Source: Tortispora ganteri (lineage: Eukaryota). Taken from it: a stretch of 45,673 nucleotides of DNA. The DNA lies in the NCBI GenBank assembly GCA_003707115.1, contig PPNB01000018.1, positions 124,001-169,673 on the forward strand. The letters run 5' to 3'. The notes beneath the pieces are model-generated. The model was not told the DNA's origin, did no database searches, and saw only the letters and a list, made by a program, of their open reading frames with translations. The translations under genes were made by a program, and so were the position numbers. Positions 31,111-42,028 of this stretch are shown here, in pieces; position 1 is the first letter of the stretch; every line of letters begins with the position of its first letter.

Positions 31111-31601
31111 AATATCAATCGCACCGTAATTTCGCGTGCTAAGTCTAGATGATATAATTTTACAAAAAAAGAGAGAGAGGTTCTAATAAGTAGATACGCA
31201 AGTAGAAACCCTCTCGAAGGCCAAACGTATCTTTGATTTACGAAAATTTGTCGAAATCTGAAGGGCGGAACGTTCAGACAGATCGAGAAAATTTCAAATA
31301 AGGTTTTAAAAAGTAAAAACCTTGTCAGCCGTATAAGTAGTAGTTTGAATACAGTTGAATGCATCAGCAGTAAAAGAAACGACTCAAAAAAAAATAATAT
31401 TGAAGAGTGTATTTAGTGTTCAATTATGTAGACTAATGTACAATAATTTTGTATAAAGTGCGGGACTGTGAAGACTTTTGAAGATTAGTTCGGCTTAACC
31501 CGAGTCCCATTGTGGGGCCACCTAGTAATAGTACTAAGCTCCCCCATAAAACACTACTCCTTTATCTAGCCCCGAGTCCTCATTGGCTGTAAAGAACGCC
31601 C

Positions 31602-33023
31602 ATGAAATATCAGTCATGTTGTGTGAGTATCGATCCACCTTCAAATTCGAACCTTGTGTCTGACTATTGTTCGGGTGTGTACTTAGAATCGGCTACGTCG
31701 CAGTTCATAATCACCTGGAAATCGTTTTTCAAGAATGCCATCGATGAGTCTCACCGGTTGCTTCCAGGGTTCGAGATCGCCGCTCTACATGTGAACAATA
31801 TATCCGAAGAAATGACTGAATGGGTACCGTTGGAGATACATTCAATTGTGGCGTTAGACCCGCTGCCACATTGGTTTAAGAAACTGTTCAGTATGGGATT
31901 CAAGTTGCATCCAGAAGAGGATATGAACCTCGTTGTTCTAATACCGTTGACGCAATTCAATGCAACTCCGTGGCCATTCAAAACTGCTGAAGTGCGTGCA
32001 GGTGACTTGCTACATATACATGGCGCGCCGTTTGCCGCCGCCAATAGCGCACTATTCACAGGATACCAGGGCCGTGCATATGTGTCATATTCGGGCGATC
32101 TAATCTTCTCGGATTTCGATTTCCTTTACGGACTACAAGGTGGTATTGCCACCACACCTAATCAAGCCTGTGTTGGACTCGTTCTTGGCAGTCTGTCTAA
32201 GGGTACCGATGTTGGACGTGTCACCGTCATTGTTCCCTGGAAGCTCGTGACGCGCGCACTCCGCAGTACTCTCGATATCTCCGACAACGACGCCGAGCTC
32301 ATGGTCACAGACCTGCCGTATATTCCAATGAAATCTGTACCTTGCGTCCGAGTTGTATACGGTCAACGTGCTAGCTGGGGTAGTGCTGTTCTACTGGACA
32401 GCAGAACACTTGTGACTAGCCAACACGTCGTCGGAATCGGCTACACGTCCATAACGGCATTGTTCCCACAAGAAGATGTTAAAGACCCGCAAAAAATCCC
32501 GTGTACAATAATAGGATCACCGATAATGAATCTTGACATTATTTTCTTACGACTTACTGTTGAGGTACTCGCTACACCGGTCGAGTTTGAACTGTTCCCA
32601 CACATAGCGCAAAGATCAGTCTCGATCGGCTACGGTCTTTTCCCGCCGACTGCAACTCCTACGCCAATGAACCCGCTGCTATCTTTTGGTGAGGTCTCAA
32701 AAGTATTCCGCATGAAAGTTCTACCAAACTCACGCCGCGCTATTCCGGCTATGATTATGACCTCCTCGGCCTGCTACAGTGGTGCTTCTGGCGGAGGGCT
32801 GTTTACCACTTCCGGCAAATTGCTTGGTATTATCACAAGCAACGGTAAAGTTACTGCTACCTCTGAAGTCTTCCCGCATCTTGGTTTTGTTATACCTAGC
32901 TCGCTCGTTAAAATGGCATGGACTAGTCTTCATCACGTCTCGTCACCGCTCCGAACCACTTCGCGTCTCAAAGCGCTCTGGGACCTCGAACCCACGCATA
33001 AACCTCTGCGGCCTAAACTCTAG
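31602..33023 (+). CDS. TYSND1/DEG15-like peroxisomal trypsin-like serine protease
   Basis: Degenerate first protease-like domain (GAPF...F...D...G..GG), then WGSAV, TSQHVV (His), LDII (Asp), SACYSGASGG (Ser), LLGIITSN, PHLGFVIP; ends in -PKL (PTS1-like). Confidence 0.85.
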   Translation: MKYQSCCVSIDPPSNSNLVSDYCSGVYLESATSQFIITWKSFFKNAIDESHRLLPGFEIAALHVNNISEEMTEWVPLEIHSIVALDPLPHWFKKLFSMGFKLHPEEDMNLVVLIPLTQFNATPWPFKTAEVRAGDLLHIHGAPFAAANSALFTGYQGRAYVSYSGDLIFSDFDFLYGLQGGIATTPNQACVGLVLGSLSKGTDVGRVTVIVPWKLVTRALRSTLDISDNDAELMVTDLPYIPMKSVPCVRVVYGQRASWGSAVLLDSRTLVTSQHVVGIGYTSITALFPQEDVKDPQKIPCTIIGSPIMNLDIIFLRLTVEVLATPVEFELFPHIAQRSVSIGYGLFPPTATPTPMNPLLSFGEVSKVFRMKVLPNSRRAIPAMIMTSSACYSGASGGGLFTTSGKLLGIITSNGKVTATSEVFPHLGFVIPSSLVKMAWTSLHHVSSPLRTTSRLKALWDLEPTHKPLRPKL

Positions 33024-33484
33024 TCGATAAAGACATACTCTAGATATTAAAAAAAAAAGAACCAAATAAAAATTGAACAAATCAAACCGTACACCACTCT
33101 ATTTCCATCTGCAGATGACTTGCCAGTTATATCACGTGACACCATGTGCCAACTCCCATCAACATGGTTGGCGGTGCTATTTCTGCTCCAACTTACTACG
33201 CACTACTGTCTGCCATATCAACCTTGCCCCCTCCCCTACCGACAGCCGACCTTCACGGCGGACGACTACAAGGATAATTGGCCTGCGAGCTGTATCTGCA
33301 GTGATATCTGCGCTTTGTATTCCATAGCGTCGCTCTCTTTTGGTGTGTGCGCAAACGTGTATATTTATGCTTTCTTCAGCGGTCACAGATCTATTTCGAA
33401 CCCCCGTCTTCAATTGCCATACCCGCGTTCCCTGGCACTACCACGCCTCTTGTTAGTGCCATTCAGTATCATCCACACAACTCC

Positions 33485-34231
33485 ATGCCAGACAGTAGCG
33501 GTGGCGGTGCTGCGGCTGCGGCCTCGGGCTCTGCGTTAGCCCCCTCACGCACTGCAGGCAATTCACATGCAGCTCCTGCTCCACCTGCACCTGCTCCTCT
33601 CATACTCTCCGATACCTCGTCTGACGATGTTCTCACTCAGCCAACTCCGGAAGTGCTCAAAATAATAGCAGAGTTCCTTCAAACAATTGTTGATCAGAAC
33701 GATAGAATAGTCGCGGATCAACTTGGCGGCCCTCAACATCTCGCTTCGCGGACGCTACACTCTGAACTAACCACCAACGGCGCCGAATCTACCGCTATAA
33801 TTATGCACAACAATATCCTCTCGTTCCATGGACGAAACGTGCCCGCCATATCGCTAGACGCATACTTCGCGCGTATCCTGAAATACTGCCCAGCTACCAA
33901 CGAAGTATTTCTATCGTTGCTGGTCTACTTCGACAGAATCGCACAACGCGCCAACTCTCTCACGCCGCAAAACGAGCCGATATTCATTCTCGACTCTTAC
34001 AATGTTCATCGCCTCGTCATCGCAGGCGTCACTGTCGCATCAAAATTTTTCTCAGACATATTTTACAAGAATTCTCGTTACGCAAAGGTCGGCGGCCTGC
34101 CGCTCGACGAGCTCAACCACCTAGAGCTTCAGTTCCTACTGCTCAACGACTTCGAACTCGCCATATCCGTGCAAGAACTTAAACAGTACGGCGAACTACT
34201 CCTTAAACACTACCACAGCAAACATCCCTAA
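33485..34231 (+). CDS. PCL7: Pho85 cyclin, Pcl6/Pcl7 (Pho80) subfamily
   Basis: FHGRNVPAISL..Y..RI.KYCP.TNEVFLSLLVYFDRI, HRL.I....VASKFFSD.FY.N.RYAKVGG; first in-frame ATG at 33485. Confidence 0.9.
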   Translation: MPDSSGGGAAAAASGSALAPSRTAGNSHAAPAPPAPAPLILSDTSSDDVLTQPTPEVLKIIAEFLQTIVDQNDRIVADQLGGPQHLASRTLHSELTTNGAESTAIIMHNNILSFHGRNVPAISLDAYFARILKYCPATNEVFLSLLVYFDRIAQRANSLTPQNEPIFILDSYNVHRLVIAGVTVASKFFSDIFYKNSRYAKVGGLPLDELNHLELQFLLLNDFELAISVQELKQYGELLLKHYHSKHP

Positions 34232-34637
34232 ATCTTGTTGGCTTCATAGCCCTATATACCGACAGCCGCACGTGGTAGCAACCAATGACTTCCATCACCG
34301 CACTTCGTAACCACCGACCAAGTACCATTTCAGCCGTTCACAGCCAATTAGACACTTGCGTCATACACTATAATTGTAGTTCCGAAAATATCTTTCAATA
34401 ACATGCGAGATTTTGCACAATCTCATTTCTTCAATCACGTATTACTCATATTTCGCTACTACTATCGTATTGCAACCAATCACACTACCACATACTTCAT
34501 CCCCTAAACCCTAAGAGAACACACCCGTATATCAACGATCGCCGCTTCCCTGTCACCCGACTTCTACTCGTATCTTTTTTCTTTGACGTCGCTGATAGCT
34601 ACTTCACTCAATTAAAGACATTTCTAACAGTTTTAAA

Positions 34638-35957
34638 ATGCCAATTACTAAGATTCACGCTCGTCAAGTCTTCGATTCTCGTGGAAACCCCACTGTTGAG
34701 GTCGAATTGACTACAGACAAGGGCATGTTCCGCTCTATTGTGCCATCTGGCGCTTCGACTGGTGTCCACGAAGCTGTCGAGCTTCGAGACGGCGATAAGT
34801 CCAAATGGGGTGGAAAAGGCGTCTTAAAGGCCGTCGAAAATGTTAACTCCGTCCTCGGACCGGCTCTTATTGACTCTGGAATCGCTATCACCGACCAGGC
34901 CGCTATCGACAAGTTTCTCATCGACCTTGACGGCACCCCCAACAAAGCCAAGCTGGGCGCTAACGCCATTCTTGGTATTTCTCTTGCTGCTGCTCGTGCC
35001 GGCGCTGCAGAGAAGTCCATTCCTCTTTACGCCTATATCTCAGAACTCTCTGGTGCAAAGACCCCTTACGTTCTTCCTGTACCCTTCTTCAATGTTCTGA
35101 ACGGAGGCTCCCACGCCGGAGGTCGTCTCGCTCTCCAAGAGTTCATGATTGCCCCCACTGGTGCTCCCACTTTTACTGAGGCAATGCGTTACGGAAGCGA
35201 AGTTTACCATATCCTTAAGAGCCTTGCTAAGGAAAAATATGGTGCTGCTGCTGGCAATGTCGGTGACGAAGGTGGTGTGGCCCCCGCCACTTACACCGCC
35301 GAAGAGGCACTCGATCTCATTACTGCTGCCATCGAAAAGGCCGGTTACACCGGTAAAGTGGTCATTGCTCTAGATGCTGCCTCTTCGGAATTTTTCAAAG
35401 ATGGAAAGTACGACTTAGACTTCAAGAACCCCGAGAGCGATCCATCAAAATGGCTCTCTGGTGCTCAGATGATCGACTACTACAAGGACCTCGCTAAGAA
35501 GTACCCCATTGTCTCTGTTGAAGACCCTTTTGCTGAAGATGACTGGGATACATGGTCAGGATTCACTCTCGAAAGTACTGTTGGAAGCGCTCAGATCGTC
35601 GCTGATGACCTCACTGTCACCAATCCTATTAGAATCAAGACTGCTATCGAGAAGAAAGCTGCCGATGCTTTATTGTTGAAGGTCAACCAGATTGGAACCT
35701 TGAGCGAGTCAATCCAAGCCGCTAAGGACTCTTTTGCCGCCGGATGGGGCGTTATGGTGTCCCACCGTTCCGGTGAGACAGAAGACGCGACAATTGCCGA
35801 TATAGTCGTCGGCCTCCGTACTGGTCAAATCAAGACTGGTGCGCCAGCTCGAGGGGAGCGTTTGGCTAAGTACAACCAGCTGCTTCGCATTGAAGAAGAG
35901 CTTGGCGACAAAGCTATCTACGCCGGAACTAAGTTCCATAACGCCAACTTGATTTAG
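34638..35957 (+). CDS. ENO1: Enolase
   Basis: [50 protein letters not shown]. Confidence 0.98.
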   Translation: MPITKIHARQVFDSRGNPTVEVELTTDKGMFRSIVPSGASTGVHEAVELRDGDKSKWGGKGVLKAVENVNSVLGPALIDSGIAITDQAAIDKFLIDLDGTPNKAKLGANAILGISLAAARAGAAEKSIPLYAYISELSGAKTPYVLPVPFFNVLNGGSHAGGRLALQEFMIAPTGAPTFTEAMRYGSEVYHILKSLAKEKYGAAAGNVGDEGGVAPATYTAEEALDLITAAIEKAGYTGKVVIALDAASSEFFKDGKYDLDFKNPESDPSKWLSGAQMIDYYKDLAKKYPIVSVEDPFAEDDWDTWSGFTLESTVGSAQIVADDLTVTNPIRIKTAIEKKAADALLLKVNQIGTLSESIQAAKDSFAAGWGVMVSHRSGETEDATIADIVVGLRTGQIKTGAPARGERLAKYNQLLRIEEELGDKAIYAGTKFHNANLI

Positions 35958-36441
35958 GCGATTTTAGATACAAGTAGCCGCGTACTACTCTTATAATATC
36001 TTTTTTTTTTCCATAAATACATCCAATTTTGTTGATGTAACGGACTTTTATGACTGCACGATCGAGACAATTTAATACACCGTTGCCAAGACGACAGCCA
36101 ATCAAGTCAGGCTGTTATCATTTATAGTTGGACTATTTACTTTGACACTGGCATTAGCCCCTTTCCTTCCCCCTTCAACGACATACCATCCAGTTGAACC
36201 CTTTGTTTCAAAGATCTAGACTCTTTGACCTAAAAATCCCGTATTCTCTTCCTATTTAGTCACTTGTCGGAGACTTGCTGTATTGAATTCTCACTTTTTG
36301 TTACCCTGATTCCCGGCTCGTTCAGGTTGATACAGGCACAAACAGCCGCTTACTAATTATATTATACCCGGACGACTATAAAAGGTCTCTGTCTAATCTG
36401 GACACAACCAATCTTCACCACTTCCGTACAAAAGAACGACG

Positions 36442-37527
36442 ATGACTACGCATGAACGGTTTGCGAGCAGAAACCCGTTCAGGGAATCCATAGGAGACGC
36501 TAGTGCGGGAATTGCCTATTCGAGGAATTCTTCGCAAGATTCAAGAGGCTCAGACAGTCACAACCCTTTTATTGATATGAAACCCGTGCAACCTCCTCCC
36601 ATGATGCGCAGTCTGTCTGAATCGTCTTCTGTTGGCAGAAATATGTCTGGGCTCAGCTTGAGTGACAAACCATCACCGCGCAAACCTACACGCCCGCAAG
36701 GTGCAAAGAATTCCACAAAGACTGAGTCATTGCAGCGTGGCACTGTGAAGGACGACCGCAAAGAACAACCCAGCTCTAAAGACAAGAAGAAAAAAAAGGG
36801 CGCCAAAAACGTGCCAGTAGACCGCATAGACCGTCTAGATGTTACAGGCTACTTTGGTATCGGATCTTTCCACCACGATGGTCCGTTTGATGCGTGCACA
36901 CCGCATCGCAATAAGAACAAGGAACGTGCTCCAGTACTGGCGTTCCCTGCAGACAGTATCAACATGTCTCTTGCTGCTAGTTTGGCTGGCCCAACCGATT
37001 CAGATTCGCAGAGCCATATATTTGGTACAAACGAACCTGAAGCGTATTTCGATTACAACAACTCTGCTTCTAGGAAACTCAACAGTGCTACACTAGGTAG
37101 GGCTAAGAGCGTTCATACATCCCGCCCCACGTCTTCATCGTGGGCGAAGGCCTCTGAACCAGTTCAAATCGACCCTGCCGCCAAGGCAGAGTTTGTCCAT
37201 GGCGACGAGTCGCTGGGTCTTGGTTCATCTACATTTTTAGAGGGAGCACCGGCGCCTTCGTCGCTCGCCGCGAGGAATGTATCTCCGAGCAATGGGAATG
37301 GGCTTGGCCGTAAGAAGAGTCTTGTCAAGAGATTCCGATCGCTTTCACGAAAGGAGAGCAGCGTATCTCGCGAACGATCGCTCTCGAAGACACAGTCGAA
37401 CGAGCAATCTGCTGTCACACCCACAAATTCTGATACCGCACTTCACCCGCCGCTTCCTTCGTCTAAGAACGATGAAGGGGTAGGCATCATACAACGCGTT
37501 AAGAGTCTGCGCGGCAGAAAACAATGA
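36442..37527 (+). CDS. PAL1: Pal1-family endocytosis/cell morphology protein
   Basis: NPF motifs, D.IDRLDVTG..G..FHHDGPFDACTPHRN, VHGDE.LGLGSSTFLEGAPA. Confidence 0.88.
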   Translation: MTTHERFASRNPFRESIGDASAGIAYSRNSSQDSRGSDSHNPFIDMKPVQPPPMMRSLSESSSVGRNMSGLSLSDKPSPRKPTRPQGAKNSTKTESLQRGTVKDDRKEQPSSKDKKKKKGAKNVPVDRIDRLDVTGYFGIGSFHHDGPFDACTPHRNKNKERAPVLAFPADSINMSLAASLAGPTDSDSQSHIFGTNEPEAYFDYNNSASRKLNSATLGRAKSVHTSRPTSSSWAKASEPVQIDPAAKAEFVHGDESLGLGSSTFLEGAPAPSSLAARNVSPSNGNGLGRKKSLVKRFRSLSRKESSVSRERSLSKTQSNEQSAVTPTNSDTALHPPLPSSKNDEGVGIIQRVKSLRGRKQ

Positions 37528-37772
37528 GTTTGCCCTAGATTATTTCTGTTTATGCTTTGATATTTATTTTTTTGGGGAACCGGTCCAGCTTTATTTTTTA
37601 TGGTTTTATTTATTATTTTATATATTTTAGTACACTGCCGCTGCTGGGGGAAGGGATCTGTACCTGTCCCCTCGGCGAAAAAAAAAAGAAGTTTATTTCC
37701 GTTACAACGTTCTGCTAACCTGTGCATTTGCGCAGCCTGTAAACGCTTGTACTTATTATTTATTATAGAAAA

Positions 37773-39086
37773 ATGATAAAAGATGCGCGGTGCATTGCAT
37801 TTGTGCTTGGTGCTTTGAGCGCGTGGGCGGTGGCGGCCGCAGTAAATGCTCTGCCTTCGAATAACGACGAATTGAAGCTGAAGATTGAGCCACGAACCGA
37901 ACGGCCGAAAACAGAATGGGACGAGGATATTATCAATGAGCAGCTTGCCAGAAACATTGCATTTTTAGGCGAAGATGGAGTGAAGAAGTTGCGTGAGTTG
38001 AAGGTCGTGGTTGTTGGTGCTGGCGGTGTTGGATCGTGGGTGGTCACAATGCTGGCTCGATCAGGTGTGGGACGCATCAGAGTGATCGATTTCGATCAAG
38101 TGACGTTGTCGTCGCTTAATAGACATGCTGTAGCGACTCTTGCAGATGTTGGAACTCCAAAAGCGTCTTGTATAGCACGCCGGCTGCGACAAGTTGTGCC
38201 ATGGATTGAGATCGAGCCTATGGTAGAATTATGGACAAAAGAAGACGCCGATGCATTGTTCTCGGGTGAATTTGATTTAGTAATTGATGCAATTGATAAT
38301 ATTGATACTAAAGTTGATCTCATAGAATACTGTGTGAGAAACGAGCTCAAAATAGTTTCGGCAATGGGCTCAGCGACTAAAAGCGATCCTTCACGCATCA
38401 CGATTGGCGATATTTCGTCATCTACGGAGGATCCATTATCACGTGCTACACGTAGACGGCTGCGTTTGCGTGGAATCAGCTCTGGAGTGACAATTGCATA
38501 CTCACTGGAGAAACCTGATCCACGCAAGGCCAAGTTACTGCCGTTGAACGAGAATAGTACTAGCGAAGAGATCGACGAGTTCGCGGTACTACCAAATTTC
38601 CGATCACGAATTTTGCCTGTTCTGGGTCCTATGCCCGGTATGCTCGGGCTTGCAATAGCTTCGCACGTTCTTGTGACGTACGGCGGGTACGACGTTGCGC
38701 CCGAATACTCACCTGTGCGTGAACGGACTAAGATCTACGATTCAGTTTTGCAGACAGCACAGTCTCAGGCAATAAGACTTGAAAAACGCAACCATATAGA
38801 TTTTGATGTCCAAGATACCGCGTATCTCATTGAAGAAGTGTTCCGTGGCCGCAGCGTCGTGTCGCGCGAGTTTACGCGTCTTGCTTTCACAAAATGGGAC
38901 CCGGCGGACCCACGGCCTTTATGCATACATAATGTCGTTCTAATGACCAAGACAGAGGTTCAAAGACATGAAATAGAGATTTTGAGTGGTAAACATAAAC
39001 TCGAGGAAGTGTACTCGCCGGAAGTGATCGCTTTAGTGCAACGACGGTTCCACGAGAACGATCTTTATGACAAGTGGAGGTTCTAG
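37773..39086 (+). CDS. TCD2: tRNA threonylcarbamoyladenosine dehydratase (ThiF/E1-like, Tcd1/Tcd2)
   Basis: N-terminal TM, EQLARN..F.G, VVGAGGVGSW, DFDQVTLSSLNRHA, DAIDNIDTKVDL, RILPVLG.MP. Confidence 0.9.
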   Translation: MIKDARCIAFVLGALSAWAVAAAVNALPSNNDELKLKIEPRTERPKTEWDEDIINEQLARNIAFLGEDGVKKLRELKVVVVGAGGVGSWVVTMLARSGVGRIRVIDFDQVTLSSLNRHAVATLADVGTPKASCIARRLRQVVPWIEIEPMVELWTKEDADALFSGEFDLVIDAIDNIDTKVDLIEYCVRNELKIVSAMGSATKSDPSRITIGDISSSTEDPLSRATRRRLRLRGISSGVTIAYSLEKPDPRKAKLLPLNENSTSEEIDEFAVLPNFRSRILPVLGPMPGMLGLAIASHVLVTYGGYDVAPEYSPVRERTKIYDSVLQTAQSQAIRLEKRNHIDFDVQDTAYLIEEVFRGRSVVSREFTRLAFTKWDPADPRPLCIHNVVLMTKTEVQRHEIEILSGKHKLEEVYSPEVIALVQRRFHENDLYDKWRF

Positions 39087-39137
39087 ATACTTTAGAAGTT
39101 TGATAATACTAGCGAGACGATTATATATATACATAAA

Positions 39138-40016
39138 TCATGAGCTGTTGGCTCTTTCCGGGCCCGTGTACAGCAATCCGACACCACTAAGCAGCATTCT
39201 GGCTTCTGGATCAGTTTGAGCACTAGTTTTTATGTGCACGTCAATGCCGCACGTTGAAGGCCACAGGTCCAAGTTGCCTTCTATTTCGGGAAACAATCGT
39301 ACGTCTTCTGCAGTAAGACCGAGCGATATATCGCCGTAACCGGATCCGCCTTTTGCGGAGATGCCTTTGAAGTCGCGTTTGCGCGGCAGGACCACTTCCA
39401 TTAGCGTCGCCAGGAACTGGTACATCTTCTCGCCCTTAAGTATAGACTGTGCACCAATACGTGCGCCCTTTTTCAGTTTCCAAAGTGGGACGGGGTTCTT
39501 TGCGTAGAGCGCATCAGGTTTTACTCCGGTTATGTGGTAGACCATGAGAGAAGTTGTGATGGCAAGGTCAGGATTCAGTTTCGCATTCTTGTTGAACGCA
39601 TGAACGGCAATCTGCTCAATTCGTGGTATGTTTTGCCAATCACGCACATCTATACCAGGTTTAGCGGCAGCACTGCCTTTAGGCGCCCGACGAGGACGGT
39701 TATAGTGGTAAGGTGAGTTGCCGGGCCATTCTTCGAACTCAGCCGCAGGCTGCGGCGTCTCGTTATGTCTATAATTCATCAACAGAAGATCCGGCTGCAG
39801 TGTCTGGTAATAATGTTCCTCGAGTCGGTCTTTGACAGTATCGTGCGGGATGTACCTATGCGATCGGATGTCTGAGGGCTTGTAAGGTAGACGGTGCGAT
39901 CCAAGTGCGCTTTTCTTGATTTTGATGCGATGGTGTACAGGTGGAACAATCGATATTGAAGATTTTAACGTTGACCTCGAGACGTGAAATCCCCTCTGAA
40001 ATAGTTTCGAAGCCAT
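39138..40016 (-). CDS. MRPL7: Mitochondrial ribosomal protein uL5m
   Basis: SPYH.NR, ITG.KP, VVLPR..DF.G, FPEIE.N...WP, TSAQTD..AR.LLS; first ATG (MASKLF) at 40016 gives a presequence-like N-terminus. Confidence 0.92.
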   Translation of the reverse strand: MASKLFQRGFHVSRSTLKSSISIVPPVHHRIKIKKSALGSHRLPYKPSDIRSHRYIPHDTVKDRLEEHYYQTLQPDLLLMNYRHNETPQPAAEFEEWPGNSPYHYNRPRRAPKGSAAAKPGIDVRDWQNIPRIEQIAVHAFNKNAKLNPDLAITTSLMVYHITGVKPDALYAKNPVPLWKLKKGARIGAQSILKGEKMYQFLATLMEVVLPRKRDFKGISAKGGSGYGDISLGLTAEDVRLFPEIEGNLDLWPSTCGIDVHIKTSAQTDPEARMLLSGVGLLYTGPERANSS

Positions 40017-40153
40017 TTTAAAGGAAATTGGTGTAGGTATAGTGCGATAGTCGGTGGTGTGGGAAAAAAATAATATGCTGTCAACCAATAGGAGGGCTTG
40101 AATGGGTTAGTTAGAACTCTGGGGGGATATCGTTTAAATCTGCGCTTTTGATT

Positions 40154-40687
40154 ATGAGCAGTATAAAATATGGCCTTTATGGTATTGGAAACCCGGGAAA
40201 ATTGGCAATGACACGGCATTCAGCTGGAAATGTTATTCTAGAAATGGTACGTGCAGCATATAATTTGTCAGCGTTCCAGAACGTTGTAAATGGTCAGATC
40301 ACCGTTGGGGCAGGAATACTCTTGTTCAAATCTGGAGTGTTCATGAATGAATCTGGAAGAGCTATTGTCCCAGAGATAAAAAGACATAGAGATATACCAT
40401 TTGCGATAGTACATGACGATCTCGAGCTGAAATTAGGTACCGTGAAGGTGCAGCGTCAAGGCAGCTTAAAGGGACACAATGGTTTAAGAAGCATCGCTAA
40501 AGCGCTCGGAGGGAATGCGTTTACTCGGATTAGAATAGGAATAGGTCGGCCAAACTCGAGAGATTCAGAAACTATACAAGGATACGTTTTAAGCAGGTTT
40601 ACACGGGATGAGCAGAGGATTCTGGAAGAAGAGACGCTTCCACAAGTGTTAGAGCACATTGACAGTATGTTATTGACATTGACGTGA
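40154..40687 (+). CDS. PTH1: Peptidyl-tRNA hydrolase (bacterial-type Pth1)
   Basis: GIGNPG..TRH, FMNESG, HDDLEL, GHNGLRS, RIRIGIGRP, YVL.RF. Confidence 0.93.
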   Translation: MSSIKYGLYGIGNPGKLAMTRHSAGNVILEMVRAAYNLSAFQNVVNGQITVGAGILLFKSGVFMNESGRAIVPEIKRHRDIPFAIVHDDLELKLGTVKVQRQGSLKGHNGLRSIAKALGGNAFTRIRIGIGRPNSRDSETIQGYVLSRFTRDEQRILEEETLPQVLEHIDSMLLTLT

Positions 40688-40726
40688 CACAGCAGAAGCC
40701 AGTTGACCTCCTTTTTTAGATTATTT

Positions 40727-42028
40727 CTATCTTGTTTCTATTTCGTCTTCATTCTCGTCATCAAATGAGCCGGCCAATGAATTCAGTTCAAACTCTTCAA
40801 CGGCGGAGGCACGAGTGTATTCGGTAGCTTCCTTGTCTGGAGTTCTACTCTTAATATAGAGATAGATGAACAGCAGTATAAGGAAATATGCAATAAACCC
40901 AAACGAGAAAAGGATCAAGGTATAGCTACTATGACCAACACCTTTAGCATCCAGTAGCGCTAGTTGTTCTTCGTTAGCGCCCATAAACATGACACCAGAC
41001 GTCACAAGGAAGAACGGCGTGAGATGTTGGAAGGACTTTATCTGGTCATAATCGGGTGCTGGGCCGTCCTCAAGGACAAATGAGATCTCAATTATGCGAC
41101 ATAGACCTGCACTCATTAGCACATAGCCGAACATAGCGTGTATGCGCGTGGATATTTCCAAGTTTTGATGGTGAACCGACATCGACCAGCCGGTCACGAT
41201 GATAATAATGGCGGGGATTAATGACCGCCGGTTAGAATTATACATAGACAAGAATACACCCAATATTCCACCACACCACCATACTATTCCCATAGATGTA
41301 TGTTGGTAGTCTCCGTGGCTCCATGGTTGTCCCCATCTGTGTTCAGTGAAAGTATTCACTATACCCCAAGCAAGGATGACCCAGGAGTCGTAGAACTCTT
41401 GAGGACGGCCTGTACGCCGCAATAGAGGCTGACCCACGTACATCATGACAGCTAAAATGCAGCCATAACCTATAAATGCGGATCCCATGATCCCGTGAGC
41501 AAGGCACTGGCCCAGATGATCTGCGTGACAAAATCCTAGTGAGGTGATCACTCCAAAACCCATTTGCACATAACCTACTAGCGGTATGCACAGTTTTCCT
41601 AACCAACTGTGTACAAATGCCAACGATGGTCGCACTTTTCCAAGTGGACCTCGCTCGATGTGCAGTTTCAGGAACACACCGAGAACGGCCTGTATTACAA
41701 TCATCAGCATCACCGTCGGTACAAACTGCGCGTGTATATTATGCTTGAATTGGCGGCCTTTGTGGTGATGTCCGAGGAAATAGGCCACAATTACCAATGA
41801 AGTCGCCGTAATTTGCACAGGTGCATGGAACCGGTTCCTTGCCAGTCCAAGCACCATACCGATCGGAAACAAGATCGCAAACGACAACGTCATGAAAGCT
41901 ATATGGATCCATAAAATAACATCTAACGGAGCATCCGTAGTATATTCATTCGGCGGTAGGTCGACATGGTGTTTATGTGCGCACGCTAATCCGGCAAGTA
42001 GTAACCATTGAAGCCGGTAATAGTACAT
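40727..42028 (-). CDS. YTP1: Ytp1-family multi-pass membrane protein
   Basis: Signal peptide, His-rich TM segments, GQCLAHGIMGSAF..YG, FTEHRWG..W...D.QHTSMG, FMGANEEQ. Confidence 0.88.
   Translation of the reverse strand: MYYYRLQWLLLAGLACAHKHHVDLPPNEYTTDAPLDVILWIHIAFMTLSFAILFPIGMVLGLARNRFHAPVQITATSLVIVAYFLGHHHKGRQFKHNIHAQFVPTVMLMIVIQAVLGVFLKLHIERGPLGKVRPSLAFVHSWLGKLCIPLVGYVQMGFGVITSLGFCHADHLGQCLAHGIMGSAFIGYGCILAVMMYVGQPLLRRTGRPQEFYDSWVILAWGIVNTFTEHRWGQPWSHGDYQHTSMGIVWWCGGILGVFLSMYNSNRRSLIPAIIIIVTGWSMSVHHQNLEISTRIHAMFGYVLMSAGLCRIIEISFVLEDGPAPDYDQIKSFQHLTPFFLVTSGVMFMGANEEQLALLDAKGVGHSSYTLILFSFGFIAYFLILLFIYLYIKSRTPDKEATEYTRASAVEEFELNSLAGSFDDENEDEIETR

Noticed and set aside
2406..41800. Many 60-195 aa ORFs nested within or antisense to identified genes
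   Set aside because: No recognisable motifs; these are expected shadow ORFs of real CDSs.
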